This document shows, piece by piece, positions 17,583-27,823 of a stretch of DNA of 64,000 bases (the first letter of the stretch is position 1; each line of letters starts with the position of its first letter). Below the pieces are notes generated by a model. The model did no database searches and was not told where the DNA came from. It was given only the letters and a program-made list of their open reading frames with translations. Origin of the DNA: Thermoplasmata archaeon. GTDB taxonomy: Archaea > Thermoplasmatota > Thermoplasmata > Lutacidiplasmatales > UBA184. The stretch is from the NCBI GenBank assembly GCA_035622275.1, contig DASPVQ010000001.1:10607-74606 (forward strand). Direction: 5' to 3'. Position numbers and translations under genes: made by a program.

Positions 17583-18584
17583 ATGGCACGTCGGCATCGC
17601 CCCCGTCGGGGCTCGCTCGCGTACTCGCCGCGCAGCCGCTCGGCCCGCCAGGTGCCGCGCGTCCGGAGCTGGGCCCGGGGAGGCGCCAAGCCCGCCGTCG
17701 AAGGGTTCGCCGGCTACAAGGTCGGCATGACGCACGCCTTCATCGTCGACTACCGCAAGCGCTCGACGACCGCCGGCCAGGAGCTCGCGGTCCCCGTCAC
17801 GGTCGTCGAGGTGCCTCCCCTTCGGGTCGTCGGCGCCCGTCTCTACGCCCGGGGCCCGTACGGTCTGCGCGTCGCCGCCGAGGTGTGGGGCTCCGGGACG
17901 ATCGAAGAACTCGCACGGCGCTTGCCCACGCACCCGTCGAGCCCGACCGCCGGCCTCGAGCGCTTCGGCGCGACGAGCGCCGACGAGGTCCGGCTGCTCG
18001 TCCATACCCAGCCCCAGTTGATCACGGGTACCCCGTCGAAGACTCCCTCGCTCTTCGAGGTCCGCGTCTCCGGCGAGAAGTTCGAGGAGCGGCGCGAGTT
18101 CGCGCTGCAGCAGCTCGGTCAAGAACTGGGCGCCGAACAGCTCGCGAAGGAAGGCGAGTTCGTCGACGTCATCGGCGTCACGAAGGGCTTCGGGTTCCAG
18201 GGACACATCCAGCGCTGGGGCGTCAAGCTCCAGCCGCGCAAGAACTCCAAGCACCGACGCATGATCGGGACCCTCGGGCCGCACAACCCCAGCTTCGTCA
18301 CGTACCGGATCCCGCAGGCCGGCCAGCAGGGGTATCACCGGCGGACGCAGTACAACATGCGGGTCCTCAAGGTCGTCCGCGACCCCCGCTCGGACCCGAT
18401 CACGCCGGCCGGCGGCTTCCCTCATTACGGAGAGCTGCGCAGCGCCTGCATCGTCCTGCACGGCTCCCTGCCCGGGCCATCGAAGCGCCTGCTCCGCTTC
18501 CGCACCCCGGTCCGGCGTCTCGTGGCGACCGTCGAGAAGGTCGACATCCGATACTTCAGCACCCGTTCGAAGCAGGGCGCATGA
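17583..18584 (+). CDS. rpl3: 50S ribosomal protein L3
   Basis: MARRHRPRRGSLAYSPR is the archaeal L3 N-terminus. M24 of ORF 17514..18584. Confidence 0.95.
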   Translation: MARRHRPRRGSLAYSPRSRSARQVPRVRSWARGGAKPAVEGFAGYKVGMTHAFIVDYRKRSTTAGQELAVPVTVVEVPPLRVVGARLYARGPYGLRVAAEVWGSGTIEELARRLPTHPSSPTAGLERFGATSADEVRLLVHTQPQLITGTPSKTPSLFEVRVSGEKFEERREFALQQLGQELGAEQLAKEGEFVDVIGVTKGFGFQGHIQRWGVKLQPRKNSKHRRMIGTLGPHNPSFVTYRIPQAGQQGYHRRTQYNMRVLKVVRDPRSDPITPAGGFPHYGELRSACIVLHGSLPGPSKRLLRFRTPVRRLVATVEKVDIRYFSTRSKQGA

Positions 18585-19414
18585 GCGACGCCACCCCGCC
18601 CGAGCCGCCCGCCGCGCCGCCGGAGCACGCCACGCCCCACCACCGGGTCCACGTCCTGTCGATCGCCGGCAAGCGCGGGGCGACCGTCTCGCTGCCGCTC
18701 GCCTTCTCCGCGCCCCTGCGCCCGGACCTGATCCACCGGGCGGTGGTCGCCGCGCAGAGCCATCGCCGCCAGCCCTACGGCACGAGCCCGACCGCCGGGG
18801 TGCGGCACTCCGTCGAGTGGGCCGGCAAGGGCCGCGGCGTCGCGCGCACGCCGCGCCTGATGGATTCGATGCGGGGCGCGCAGTCACCGAACACCGTCGG
18901 CGGCCGCCCGGCGCATCCGCCCCGGGTCGAGCGGATCTGGACGAAGAAGATCAACCGGAAGGAGCGACGGCTCGCCTTCGCCTCTGCGCTCGGCGCGACG
19001 CGGGATGCCCGGCTCGCCGAGGCGCGGGGGCACCGCCTGCCCACTGGAGTCCACTTGCCGCTCGTGCTTGAGGACCCGGTCGAGGATGTGAGGACGACCG
19101 AGGACGCCCGAGCGCTGCTCGAGCGCCTGGAGCTGTGGGCCGACGTGGACCGTTCCCGGCGGGCGGTCCACCTGCGCTCGGGGCGAGGCCGCCGGCGCGG
19201 TCGGGTCCGGCGGACCCCCCGCAGCCTGCTGCTCGTCACGAGCGCCCCCGGAAAGGCGCGCGGGTTCCGCAATCTCTCGGGCGTGGACGTCGTGCCGGTG
19301 CTCCGTCTCGGAACCGAGGACCTCGCCCCCGGGGGCACCCCGGGCCGCTTGACGTTGTTCTCGCGCGGAGCGGTCGAGTCGCTGCGCGCCCGCCTCGGGG
19401 AGGCCGCCCCGTGA
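18581..19414 (+). CDS. rpl4: 50S ribosomal protein L4
   Basis: ATGA overlap with the L3 stop. L4/L1e family pattern. Confidence 0.9.
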   Translation: MSDATPPEPPAAPPEHATPHHRVHVLSIAGKRGATVSLPLAFSAPLRPDLIHRAVVAAQSHRRQPYGTSPTAGVRHSVEWAGKGRGVARTPRLMDSMRGAQSPNTVGGRPAHPPRVERIWTKKINRKERRLAFASALGATRDARLAEARGHRLPTGVHLPLVLEDPVEDVRTTEDARALLERLELWADVDRSRRAVHLRSGRGRRRGRVRRTPRSLLLVTSAPGKARGFRNLSGVDVVPVLRLGTEDLAPGGTPGRLTLFSRGAVESLRARLGEAAP

Positions 19415-19674
19415 GCGAGTTCCAGCACCGCGTGATCCTGCACGCCTACGTCACGGAGAAGTCGATGGACGAGATGGAACGGCTCAACAAGCTCGAGTTC
19501 GCCGTCGACCGCCGGGCCTCGCGCGCGGCGATCAAGCGCGCGATCGAGCGCCTCTACGACTGTCGCGTGGCGAAGGTCAACACGAAGATCGTTCGGAGCG
19601 GCAAGATCGCGACCGTCACGTTCCACAAGGAGTTCTCGGCGGAGGACATCGGCAGCCGGGCGGGAGTGTTCTAG
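19411..19674 (+). CDS. rpl23: 50S ribosomal protein L23
   Basis: GTGA overlap. 87-aa L23 pattern (KSMDEME...KVNT). Confidence 0.9.
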   Translation: MSEFQHRVILHAYVTEKSMDEMERLNKLEFAVDRRASRAAIKRAIERLYDCRVAKVNTKIVRSGKIATVTFHKEFSAEDIGSRAGVF

Positions 19675-20405
19675 TGGGCAAGCGCATCATCTCTCGGCGC
19701 CGAGGCAGCGGCACCGGCACCTACCGCTCGCCGAGCCACCGGCACCCCGGACCGGTCTACCACCCGCCCCCGTCGCTCGTCGGCGACGGACGCGTCGTGC
19801 GGATCGTACCGGCCCCCGGTCGGACCGCCCCGGTGGCCGAGGTCGCCGGCCCGGACGGGACGGAGCTCCGCATCCTGGCGAGCGCCGGCCTCGCGACCGG
19901 CGACACGGTCGCCTTCCAGGAGGGCCGCGTCGACCGCGGGTCGATCCTGCCCCTCGGCCGGATACCCGACGGCACGCTCGTCTCCAACCTCGAGGTGAAG
20001 CCGTTCGACGGCGGGCGGCTCGTCCGCGCCGCCGGCTCGAGCGCGCTCGTCGTCGCGCACAGCGCCGGCGAGGTCACGGTCCAGCTGCCGAGCGGGCGGT
20101 TCAAGCAGTTCCTGGCCACGTGCCGCGCCCAGGTGGGTGCGATCGGCGGCGGCGGCCGCCGCGAGCGCCCGATCATCAAGGCGGGCAAGAAGGTCCTCGC
20201 GACGCGTTCCCTCGCCCGTGCTCCGTTCAAGGTCCGCGGCGTGGCGATGAACCCCGTCAACCATCCGTTCGGCGGTGGTGCCCATCAGCACGTCGGTCGG
20301 CCGAGCACGGTGTCGAGCGGGACCTGGCCGGGCGCCAAGGTCGGGCGGTTCAGCCGCGCGACGCGGACGAAGAAGCGGCTGCGCGCCGAAAGGGGAGGCG
20401 GATAG
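19674..20405 (+). CDS. rpl2: 50S ribosomal protein L2
   Basis: TAGTG overlap. GKRIISRRRGSGT...NPVNHPFGGG motifs. Confidence 0.95.
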   Translation: MGKRIISRRRGSGTGTYRSPSHRHPGPVYHPPPSLVGDGRVVRIVPAPGRTAPVAEVAGPDGTELRILASAGLATGDTVAFQEGRVDRGSILPLGRIPDGTLVSNLEVKPFDGGRLVRAAGSSALVVAHSAGEVTVQLPSGRFKQFLATCRAQVGAIGGGGRRERPIIKAGKKVLATRSLARAPFKVRGVAMNPVNHPFGGGAHQHVGRPSTVSSGTWPGAKVGRFSRATRTKKRLRAERGGG

Positions 20406-20830
20406 TGCCGAAGGCGAGGAGGGCCAAGCGCGTCGAGGCCCGTCGCAAGCGCGAGTTCACCTACCGGGGCCGCACGCTCGCCGAGCTGCAGGCGCTGACG
20501 CTCGAGGAGTTCGCGAAGATCGCCCCCGCGCGGGCGCGCCGCTCGATCCGTCGCGGCTTCAACAACGAGACCGCGGTGTTCTTCGAGCGGATGCGAGCGA
20601 CCCCGCAGGACAAGGTCGTCCGTACCCACTGCCGCGACGCGCTCGTGCTCCCGTGGCACGTCGGGCGGCGCGTCGCCGTCCACACCGGCAAGGAGTTCAA
20701 GGAGGTCGAGGTCCGGGCCGAGATGATCGGCCACTACTACGGGGAGTTCGCGCTCACCCGGCGCTTCGAGAAGCACTCCGGCCCCGGCGTCGGCGCGACG
20801 CGCTCGTCGAAGTTCATGCCACTGAAGTAG
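20405..20830 (+). CDS. rps19: 30S ribosomal protein S19
   Basis: TAGTG overlap. HTGKEFKEVEVRAEMIGHYYGEF is an S19 motif. Confidence 0.95.
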   Translation: MPKARRAKRVEARRKREFTYRGRTLAELQALTLEEFAKIAPARARRSIRRGFNNETAVFFERMRATPQDKVVRTHCRDALVLPWHVGRRVAVHTGKEFKEVEVRAEMIGHYYGEFALTRRFEKHSGPGVGATRSSKFMPLK

Positions 20831-20846
20831 GACGGGGAACGGGACG

Positions 20847-21305
20847 ATGCGCGGCTACACCTACCGGAACGAGCCCGGGGTCAACGTCGCCCGGGCACGG
20901 GGGATCGAGCTGCCGATCTCGCCGAAGAAGACCTACGAGGTGCTGAACGCGATCCGCGGGCTTTCCCTCGAACGCGCGCGCACGATCCTCGAGGACGCGG
21001 TGGCGCTGCGCCGCCCGATCCCGTTCCGCCGCTACAACCAGGAGACGGCGCACCACCCCGGCACCGGACCGGGCCGCTATGCGGCCAAGGTCGCCCGCAA
21101 CGTCCTCCAGGTGCTCAAGAACGCCGAGGAGAACGCCGAGTACGACAGCCTCGACACCGACCGGCTGTTCGTCCGGGTCGCCGCGAGCTCGCGCGGCCGG
21201 ATCCTCAAGGCCCAGATGCCCCGGGCGCAGGGCCGCTCCACGGCGTGGAACGAGCAGACGACCAACATCGAGATCGTGCTCGCCGAGCGCACGGAGGCGG
21301 CATGA
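20847..21305 (+). CDS. rpl22: 50S ribosomal protein L22
   Basis: 152-aa L22 pattern, in operon order. Confidence 0.9.
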   Translation: MRGYTYRNEPGVNVARARGIELPISPKKTYEVLNAIRGLSLERARTILEDAVALRRPIPFRRYNQETAHHPGTGPGRYAAKVARNVLQVLKNAEENAEYDSLDTDRLFVRVAASSRGRILKAQMPRAQGRSTAWNEQTTNIEIVLAERTEAA

Positions 21306-22000
21306 GCGCCGAGCAGAAGGTGATCCAGGAGGCGATGCGCCGGGTCCTCCTCAAGGACTACCTGGTGCAGGAGAGCGCCCGCGCCGGCTTCGGCGGCCTC
21401 GAGATCACCCGGACCCCGATGGGCACGCGGGTCACCCTGATCTGCGAGCGACCCGGTATCCTGATCGGCCACCGGGGCGAGCTGATCAAGAACCTGACCG
21501 AGGACATCCAGCACCGCTTCCAGCTCGACAACCCCCAGATCGAGGTGCAGGAGGAGCGACAGCCGAGCCTGAACGCGCAGCTGATGAGCGAGAAGCTGGC
21601 CTCGACGCTCGAGCGGGGCTGGCACTTCCGCCGCGCCGGCCATTCGACCGTGCGCCGGATCATGGAGGCGGGCGCCCGCGGGTGCCAGGTGATCCTGTCC
21701 GGCAAGCTCACCGGCGAGCGGCACCGCACCGAGCGCTTCAAGGCCGGCACGATCAAGTACTGCGGTGAGGCCGTCCATCTCTGGATCGACAAGGGGTTCA
21801 GCCAGGCCCGCCTGAAGCCGGGGGTCATCGGCGTCAACGTCTGGATCATGCGACCAACGGCCAAGCTGCCCGACGAGATCGTGGTGAAGGGCGTCGAGGA
21901 GCGTTCGAAGGCGGCGCCCGTCGTGCTGCCGACCCTCGAGGAGTCCGTCGCGGCCGTGCCGCCCCCGAGCGCCCCCCCCGAGACCCCGGGGGCCACGTGA
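21302..22000 (+). CDS. rps3: 30S ribosomal protein S3
   Basis: ATGA overlap. KH domain (ILIGHRGELIKNLTEDIQ). Confidence 0.95.
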   Translation: MSAEQKVIQEAMRRVLLKDYLVQESARAGFGGLEITRTPMGTRVTLICERPGILIGHRGELIKNLTEDIQHRFQLDNPQIEVQEERQPSLNAQLMSEKLASTLERGWHFRRAGHSTVRRIMEAGARGCQVILSGKLTGERHRTERFKAGTIKYCGEAVHLWIDKGFSQARLKPGVIGVNVWIMRPTAKLPDEIVVKGVEERSKAAPVVLPTLEESVAAVPPPSAPPETPGAT

Positions 22001-22221
22001 CGCTCCTGCGCATGAAGGAGCTGCGCGAGCTCTCCGACGACGACCTCCGGCGCAAGGTCTCCGAGGTCGAGAACGATCTCTTGCGGGAGCGCGGCGTCGC
22101 GGCGATGGGCGGCGCTCCGCCGAGCCCCGGCCGCATGCGCGCCCTGCGCACGAACGTCGCCCGCGCCCTCACCGTCCTCAACGAGCGCGCGAGCCAATCC
22201 CGGGAGGCCCCGCGTCCGTAG
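21997..22221 (+). CDS. rpl29: 50S ribosomal protein L29
   Basis: GTGA overlap. LRMKELRELSDDDL matches the L29 N-terminus. Confidence 0.9.
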   Translation: MTLLRMKELRELSDDDLRRKVSEVENDLLRERGVAAMGGAPPSPGRMRALRTNVARALTVLNERASQSREAPRP

Positions 22222-22240
22222 GAGGCGGTACGGTGGACCG

Positions 22241-22567
22241 ATGGCGCCGGCACACGTCCCCGCACTCGCCCTCGACCGCGTCGAGCGGGAGGCGCTCGCC
22301 GGGGAGATCCTCGGCGCGTCGGTCATCGTGCGCGCGGCCCCCGGGCTCCGGACGCCGATCGCGGGCACGCTCGTTGACGAGACGATGTCCACGTTCGTCG
22401 TGCGCCGACCGGGCCGGGCGCGGCCGGTGCGCGTCGCCAAGGCCGGCCTCGAGGGCACGATCGTCCTCGGCCGGCGAGAGTTACCGTTAAGAGGCGACGC
22501 CCTTCGCGTGCGTCCCGAGGACCGCACGAAGCGGCTCTTGACCGGTGGTCCTCGGAGGTTCCGATGA
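22241..22567 (+). CDS. rnp1: ribonuclease P protein component 1 (Rpp29/Pop4)
   Basis: GTLVDETMSTFVV...RPEDR is an Rpp29 motif. Canonical position between L29 and S17 in archaea. Confidence 0.85.
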   Translation: MAPAHVPALALDRVEREALAGEILGASVIVRAAPGLRTPIAGTLVDETMSTFVVRRPGRARPVRVAKAGLEGTIVLGRRELPLRGDALRVRPEDRTKRLLTGGPRRFR

Positions 22568-22980
22568 CCCCGGCCCGCACGCCCCGCGCCCGTGATATCG
22601 GGCTCGACGTTCGCGCACCGAAGACGCGGTGCGACGACCGCCACTGCCCGTTCCACGGCCGCCTGTCCCTGCGCGGCCAGGTCCTCGAGGGGACGGTCGT
22701 GTCGACCTCGATGCAGCGGACCGCGGTCGTCGAGCGGACGCTGCTGCACTACCTGGCGAAGTACGAGCGCTACGAGAAGCGTCGACGGCGCTACCTCGCG
22801 CACGCCCCCGCCTGCCTCAAGGTCGCGGTCGGCCACCGGGTCCGCATCGCCGAGAGCCGGCCGCTGTCCAAGCTCGTGGCCTTCTGCATCGTCGAGGATC
22901 TCGGCGAGGTCGCGATGCCCGTGCGCGGCGAGGAAGCGTCGACGCTGCGCCCGGCGCCGGCGCCTCCGGAGGAAGCATGA
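22564..22980 (+). CDS. rps17: 30S ribosomal protein S17
   Basis: ATGA overlap. CPFHG zinc motif plus OB fold ([16 protein letters not shown]). Confidence 0.9.
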   Translation: MTPARTPRARDIGLDVRAPKTRCDDRHCPFHGRLSLRGQVLEGTVVSTSMQRTAVVERTLLHYLAKYERYEKRRRRYLAHAPACLKVAVGHRVRIAESRPLSKLVAFCIVEDLGEVAMPVRGEEASTLRPAPAPPEEA

Positions 22981-23375
22981 AGGGCCTGGCGGGACGCCGG
23001 GGCCGGGGGCTCCCCAAGGGGGCGCGCCTCGATTGCGTCGACAACACCGGCGCGAAGGTCGTCGAGATCATCGCCGTGCGGAACTGGCACGGGACGCACC
23101 GGCGCTATCCGCGCGCCGGTATCGCCGACCTCGTCATCGTCTCCGTCAAGAAAGGGACCCCGGAGATGCGGCGGCAGGTCCTGCACGCGGTCATCGTCCG
23201 GGCCCGCTCGCCGTTCCGCCGGCCCGACGGTACGCGCCTCCAGTTCGAGGACAACGCGGCGGTCATCACGACGGAGACCGGCGAGATCAAAGGCTCTCAG
23301 ATCAAGGGACCGGTCGCGAAGGAGGCGGCCGAGCGCTGGCCGCGGATCGCCGCGGCCTCGTCGATCATCGTGTAG
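22977..23375 (+). CDS. rpl14: 50S ribosomal protein L14
   Basis: ATGA overlap. CVDNTGAK...IKGPV are L14 motifs. Confidence 0.95.
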   Translation: MKGLAGRRGRGLPKGARLDCVDNTGAKVVEIIAVRNWHGTHRRYPRAGIADLVIVSVKKGTPEMRRQVLHAVIVRARSPFRRPDGTRLQFEDNAAVITTETGEIKGSQIKGPVAKEAAERWPRIAAASSIIV

Positions 23376-23389
23376 GAGGAGTTCGATCG

Positions 23390-23920
23390 ATGACGCTCTC
23401 CCCCCACTCCCCGCGCCGGCAGCGCAAGGCGCTCTACACCGCGGACGCGTTCGAGCGACGCCGCCGCATGACGGTCCCGCTCTCCCGGGACCTGCGCCGC
23501 CGCATCCGCGCCCGCAGCGTGCCGATCCGCAAGGGCGACACCGTCCGCGTGCTGGGCGGCAGCTTCGTCGGGCGCGAGGAGCGGGTCGCGCGGATCGATC
23601 GACGCGCCTACAGCGTCGTCCTCGACAACGTCACGGTCAAGACCGGCGAGGACAAGCTCAAGCCGCTGCCGATCCGGCTGAGCCACCTCGTGATCACCCG
23701 GCTCAATCTCTCCGACGCCTGGCGGCGCCGTTCGCTGCGCGTCGCGGACGAGGACGTCAGCCCCGAGGAGCGGGGCGAGCCGCCGGAGGCCGAGGCGCCG
23801 GCCGGGGCCCCCGCGCCGGCGACCCCGGCGGAGGATTCGCCCGCGCCCACCGCATCGCCCCGCCCGCGGCGGCGCCGCGCCAGCGCGACCCCCTCCGACG
23901 AGCCGGAGGCGGCGCCATGA
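23390..23920 (+). CDS. rpl24: 50S ribosomal protein L24 (KOW) with ~55-aa acidic/Pro-Ala-rich C-terminal tail
   Basis: GGAGG 7 nt upstream. KGDTVRVLGGSF is a KOW motif. The low-complexity tail runs ~23750..23920. Confidence 0.9.
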   Translation: MTLSPHSPRRQRKALYTADAFERRRRMTVPLSRDLRRRIRARSVPIRKGDTVRVLGGSFVGREERVARIDRRAYSVVLDNVTVKTGEDKLKPLPIRLSHLVITRLNLSDAWRRRSLRVADEDVSPEERGEPPEAEAPAGAPAPATPAEDSPAPTASPRPRRRRASATPSDEPEAAP

Positions 23921-24633
23921 CGTTCCGTCTCAAGCGCCGGGCCGCGCCCCCCAGCTGGACGATCCCGCGCAAGGGAACGAAGTGGATCAAGCGCCCGGGC
24001 CCGGGCCCGCACGCCCAGGACCGCTCGGTCCCGCTGCTCCTCGTGCTCCGGGACCTGCTCCACCTCGTGCGAAGCGCCCGCGAGGCGCGGATCGTCGTCC
24101 GCTCCGGCGCGGTGCGCGTCGACGGGCAGATCGCGAAGGACCTGGACCGGGGCGTCGGGCTGATGGACACCCTCTCGCTCGCCGCCCCCCTCGACGCCCA
24201 CTACCGGATGGTGAACGACCGGCACGGCCGCCTCGTCCTGATCGCGATCCCGTCGACCGAGGCCGGGACCAAGATCGGTCGCGTCCGGTTCAAGCACGCG
24301 GCCCCCCGCGGCCGCGTCGAGGTGACGCTCCACGACGGCCGCAACCTGCTCGTGCCCCCGACGAGCCCGTACCGGGTCGGGGATTCCCTCAAGCTCGAGG
24401 TCCCCGCGCAGAAGGTCGTGGAGCACCTGCCGCTCGCGCCCGGGGCGCTCGCCTACGTGGCCGGCGGCTCGCACGTGGGTCAGCTCGCGCGCGTCGAGCG
24501 GATCGAGGTCCGCAACTCCTCGGCGCCGAACCTCGTCCACTTCAAAGAGGGCTTCTCGACGATCAAGGAGTACGTGTTCGTTGTCGGAGAGGCCGTGCCC
24601 GGCGTCACGCTCGCCGAGGGGGTCGACCGGTGA
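23917..24633 (+). CDS. rps4e: 30S ribosomal protein S4e
   Basis: ATGA overlap. 238-aa S4e pattern. Confidence 0.9.
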   Translation: MTFRLKRRAAPPSWTIPRKGTKWIKRPGPGPHAQDRSVPLLLVLRDLLHLVRSAREARIVVRSGAVRVDGQIAKDLDRGVGLMDTLSLAAPLDAHYRMVNDRHGRLVLIAIPSTEAGTKIGRVRFKHAAPRGRVEVTLHDGRNLLVPPTSPYRVGDSLKLEVPAQKVVEHLPLAPGALAYVAGGSHVGQLARVERIEVRNSSAPNLVHFKEGFSTIKEYVFVVGEAVPGVTLAEGVDR

Positions 24634-25178
24634 GCGCGAGCGCCCCCGCCGTGCCGCCGCCCGCCCGCGAGAACCCCCACCGGGCGATCCGCGTCATCAA
24701 GGTCGTCGTCAACGCCGGGGTCGGAGAGTCCGGCGAGAATCGGACCCGGGCCGAGCGCGTGCTCTCGATGGTGACCCACCAGAAGCCGGTCGCGACGCGG
24801 TCCCACTCCACGAACCGCGACTTCGGGATCCGCCAGGGTCAGGAGATCGGCGCGAAGGTGACCCTGCGCGGTGCCGTGGCCGTCGACTTCCTCGGACGCG
24901 CCTTCGAGGCCCGGGACCGCCAGCTCGACGTCGAGTCGATCGATCGGAACGGCAACTTCTCCTTCGGGATCGCCGACTACACCGACTTCACCGGAATGAA
25001 GTACGACCCCGCGATCGGCATCCACGGCATGGACGTCGCGGTCGAGCTCGGCCGCGCCGGGTACCGGGTGCGCGGCCGTCGACAGCGGGCGCGTCCGATC
25101 CCGCGCACGATCCGCTCGACGCCGGCCGAGACCCGCGCGTTCCTCGAGACGACCTTCCAGGTCAAGGTCCTGGAGTGA
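24630..25178 (+). CDS. rpl5: 50S ribosomal protein L5
   Basis: GTGA overlap. 182 aa with L5 motifs ([16 protein letters not shown]). Confidence 0.9.
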   Translation: MSASAPAVPPPARENPHRAIRVIKVVVNAGVGESGENRTRAERVLSMVTHQKPVATRSHSTNRDFGIRQGQEIGAKVTLRGAVAVDFLGRAFEARDRQLDVESIDRNGNFSFGIADYTDFTGMKYDPAIGIHGMDVAVELGRAGYRVRGRRQRARPIPRTIRSTPAETRAFLETTFQVKVLE

Positions 25179-25182
25179 GCCC

Positions 25183-25329
25183 GTGAAGCCAAAGCGCAAG
25201 TTCGGGCGGAAGGACGGTTGCCTGCGCTGCGACCGCAAGCGCGGGATCGTCCGGCGCTACGGGCTCCACCTCTGCCGCCAGTGTTTCCGCGAGGTCGCCG
25301 TCGACCTCGGCTTCCGCAAGTACCAGTAG
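25183..25329 (+). CDS. rps14: 30S ribosomal protein S14 type Z (zinc-binding, 48 aa)
   Basis: Not in the ORF track because it is under 60 aa. GTG start. [25 protein letters not shown] zinc-finger S14. Confidence 0.9.
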   Translation: MKPKRKFGRKDGCLRCDRKRGIVRRYGLHLCRQCFREVAVDLGFRKYQ

Positions 25330-25338
25330 GAGGACTCC

Positions 25339-25728
25339 GTGCAGCAGGATCTTCTCAACGACGCGCTCGTGGCGCTCGGGCATGCCGACCAGGACGGCAA
25401 GCCGCGCGTCGAGCTCGCACCGACCTCGACGCTCATCGCCGAGGTGCTGAGGATCTTCCGCGAGCACCAGTACATCGAGGAGTTCACCTTCGTCCCGACG
25501 GGCCGCGGCGGCAAGTACGACGTGAAGCTCTCGCGGCGGATCAACGCCTGCGGGGTCATCAAGCCGCGACTGAGCGTCCCGTACCAGAACCTGGAGCGCT
25601 ACGAGGCGCGGTTCCTGCCGGCGCAGGACTTCGGACTGCTCGTGCTCTCGACGAACCGCGGCGTCGTCTCGCACCGCCAGGCCCGGGAGCTCAAGATCGG
25701 GGGGAGGCTGCTCGCGTATGTCTACTGA
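25339..25728 (+). CDS. rps8: 30S ribosomal protein S8
   Basis: GGAGG upstream, GTG start. 129-aa S8 pattern. Confidence 0.9.
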   Translation: MQQDLLNDALVALGHADQDGKPRVELAPTSTLIAEVLRIFREHQYIEEFTFVPTGRGGKYDVKLSRRINACGVIKPRLSVPYQNLERYEARFLPAQDFGLLVLSTNRGVVSHRQARELKIGGRLLAYVY

Positions 25729-26281
25729 GCCGGACCGCTCGCGGGCGCGGATCGAGGTCGCCGACGGCGTGAGCTTCTCGGTGGCGCCGGGCCGGCTGCG
25801 GGCGAGCGGCCCGCTCGGTCGCGTCGATCGGCCCTTCCCCTCCGACGTGCTGGAGCTCACGAGCCGGCCGGGCGCGGTCACGCTCGCCCTGCGCCTGCCC
25901 GCGGACCGCAAGCGCTCGCAGGCGCTGCTCAAGACGTGGGCGGCCCACCTGCGCAACCTCTCGGGCAGCCTGACGCGGGGGGTCGAGGCGCGCATGAAGG
26001 TCGTCGCGGCGCACTTCCCGATGAAGGTCAGCGTGCGCGGCGAGGAACTGGTCATCGAGAACTTCCTCGGCGAAAAGTTCCCGCGCTCGACCCGGCTGGT
26101 GGCGGGGACCCAGGCGAGCGTGGAGGGCGACATCGTCACGATCTCGGGCCACGACGTCGAAGAGGTGGGCCAGAGCGCCGCGAACATCGAGCGCGCGACC
26201 CGGATCCGCGACTACGACCCGCGGGTCTTCCAGGACGGCATCTACCTCATCGAGCGGGCCCACCTGAAGGAGGCGAGCTAG
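25718..26281 (+). CDS. rpl6: 50S ribosomal protein L6
   Basis: 187 aa with two L6 repeats. Overlaps the S8 3' end by 11 nt. Confidence 0.9.
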   Translation: MSTEPDRSRARIEVADGVSFSVAPGRLRASGPLGRVDRPFPSDVLELTSRPGAVTLALRLPADRKRSQALLKTWAAHLRNLSGSLTRGVEARMKVVAAHFPMKVSVRGEELVIENFLGEKFPRSTRLVAGTQASVEGDIVTISGHDVEEVGQSAANIERATRIRDYDPRVFQDGIYLIERAHLKEAS

Positions 26282-26832
26282 TGGCCGAAACGGACAGCTC
26301 CGAGGCCCCACCGCGCTCCTCTCGCGCGCGGCGCCGACGCACCTCCGACGACGAGGCGCCGACGCCCGCGGCCGCGCCGGCCGCGGCCGAGCCGCCCGCG
26401 CCACGGGCGCCCCGGCGCGCCACGCTCTCTTCCGAGCGACGCCGCCTCATCCGCCTGCGCGACCAGGGCTCGCGCGTGCGACCGGACTTCGGACGTCAGG
26501 CCGCGAACCGCTACGGGCGCATCGGTCGCGACGGCGCCTGGCGGCGGCCCCGGGGCCTCCAGTCGAAGCAGCGCCGCCACTACGGCTACCGACCGCGCGT
26601 CGTCCGCATCGGCTACCGCGGCCCCGCGGCGGTGCGGGGGCTCACCCCCGCCGGCTTCCGCCCGATCCTCGTCCGCACCGGCGCGGAGATCGAGGCGCTC
26701 GACCCGGCGACGGAGGCGGCGGTCATCGCCCGCACCGTGGGAACCCGTCGGCGTCTCACGCTGGAGGACGTCGCCCGTCGCAAGGGGATCCACGTGGTGA
26801 ACCCGATCGTGACGAGCGAGCGGGAGGCCTAG
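26281..26832 (+). CDS. rpl32e: 50S ribosomal protein L32e (with ~50-aa Ala/Pro/acidic N-terminal extension)
   Basis: TAGTG overlap. RPDFGRQAANRYGRIG...WRRPRG are L32e motifs. The true start could lie at an internal codon. Confidence 0.85.
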   Translation: MAETDSSEAPPRSSRARRRRTSDDEAPTPAAAPAAAEPPAPRAPRRATLSSERRRLIRLRDQGSRVRPDFGRQAANRYGRIGRDGAWRRPRGLQSKQRRHYGYRPRVVRIGYRGPAAVRGLTPAGFRPILVRTGAEIEALDPATEAAVIARTVGTRRRLTLEDVARRKGIHVVNPIVTSEREA

Positions 26833-26834
26833 CG

Positions 26835-27296
26835 ATGCCGGACCTCGCGAACCAGCGGCGGATGGCGGCCGCCCTCCTCAAGTGCGGCGAGGGTCGGATC
26901 TGGATCGACCCGGCGAGCCAGGAGGAGCTGGCCGACGCGGTGACGCGCAGCGACATCCGCAGCGCGATCAAGGCCGGCGTCATCCGCCGCAAGGCGGTCC
27001 TCGGGACCTCCCGCGTGCGGGCCCGCCGCCGGGCGGCGGAGCTCGCGAAGGGGCGGCACGCGGGGCCCGGGTCCCGCCGCGGCTCGCCGCGCTCCCGCCT
27101 TCCCAAGAAGGACCGCTGGATGCGCCGGATCCGGGCCCAGCGCGCGATCCTCGCGGAGCTCCGCGGCACCCGCCGCATCACGCCCGCCGTCTACCGGGAG
27201 TTCTACCGGCGGGCGAAGGGGGGCATGTTCCGCAGCCGAGCGCACCTCGTGCAGAACCTGCGGCTCGCCGGCGCGCTCAAGGAGGCGAAGGCATGA
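26835..27296 (+). CDS. rpl19e: 50S ribosomal protein L19e
   Basis: 153-aa L19e pattern (QRRMAAALLKCGEGRIWIDP). Confidence 0.9.
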   Translation: MPDLANQRRMAAALLKCGEGRIWIDPASQEELADAVTRSDIRSAIKAGVIRRKAVLGTSRVRARRRAAELAKGRHAGPGSRRGSPRSRLPKKDRWMRRIRAQRAILAELRGTRRITPAVYREFYRRAKGGMFRSRAHLVQNLRLAGALKEAKA

Positions 27297-27823
27297 GCAC
27301 GGGACCCCGCTACCGCGTGCCGTTCCGACGGCGCCGCGAAGGCCGCACGGACTACCGCGTGCGCCTGCGGCTCTTGCGCTCGGGCCAGCCCCGGGCGGTC
27401 GTCCGGCTCTCCGAGCGCCGCATCCGGGTCGCGGTCGTCGCCTACGACCCGGTCGGCGACCGGGTCGTGGCCGCGGCGGACAGCCGCGAGCTCGGGGGCA
27501 TCGAGTTCCCGACCGTGAGCTTCGCCTCCACGCCCGCCGCCTATCTCACCGCCTACCTCGCCGGCCTGCGGGCGAAGGCCGGCGGGGCGGCGAGCGCGGT
27601 GCTCGACGCGGGGCTGCGTCGACCGACCGAGGGCGGCCGCCTCGCGGCCGCGCTCAAGGGGCTGCTCGACGCCGGGATCGAGATCCCGCACGGCGAGGGC
27701 GGCTTCCCCAGCTCCGACCGCCTCGACGGCACGCACCTCCACCACCGGCTGCCGAGCCCCCTCGAGGCCTACAAGCTCAAGATCCCGCACCTGGTCGCCG
27801 CGCCCGCGGAGGCGAGCCGATGA
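27293..27823 (+). CDS. rpl18: 50S ribosomal protein L18
   Basis: ATGA overlap. L18/L5e pattern. Confidence 0.9.
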   Translation: MSTGPRYRVPFRRRREGRTDYRVRLRLLRSGQPRAVVRLSERRIRVAVVAYDPVGDRVVAAADSRELGGIEFPTVSFASTPAAYLTAYLAGLRAKAGGAASAVLDAGLRRPTEGGRLAAALKGLLDAGIEIPHGEGGFPSSDRLDGTHLHHRLPSPLEAYKLKIPHLVAAPAEASR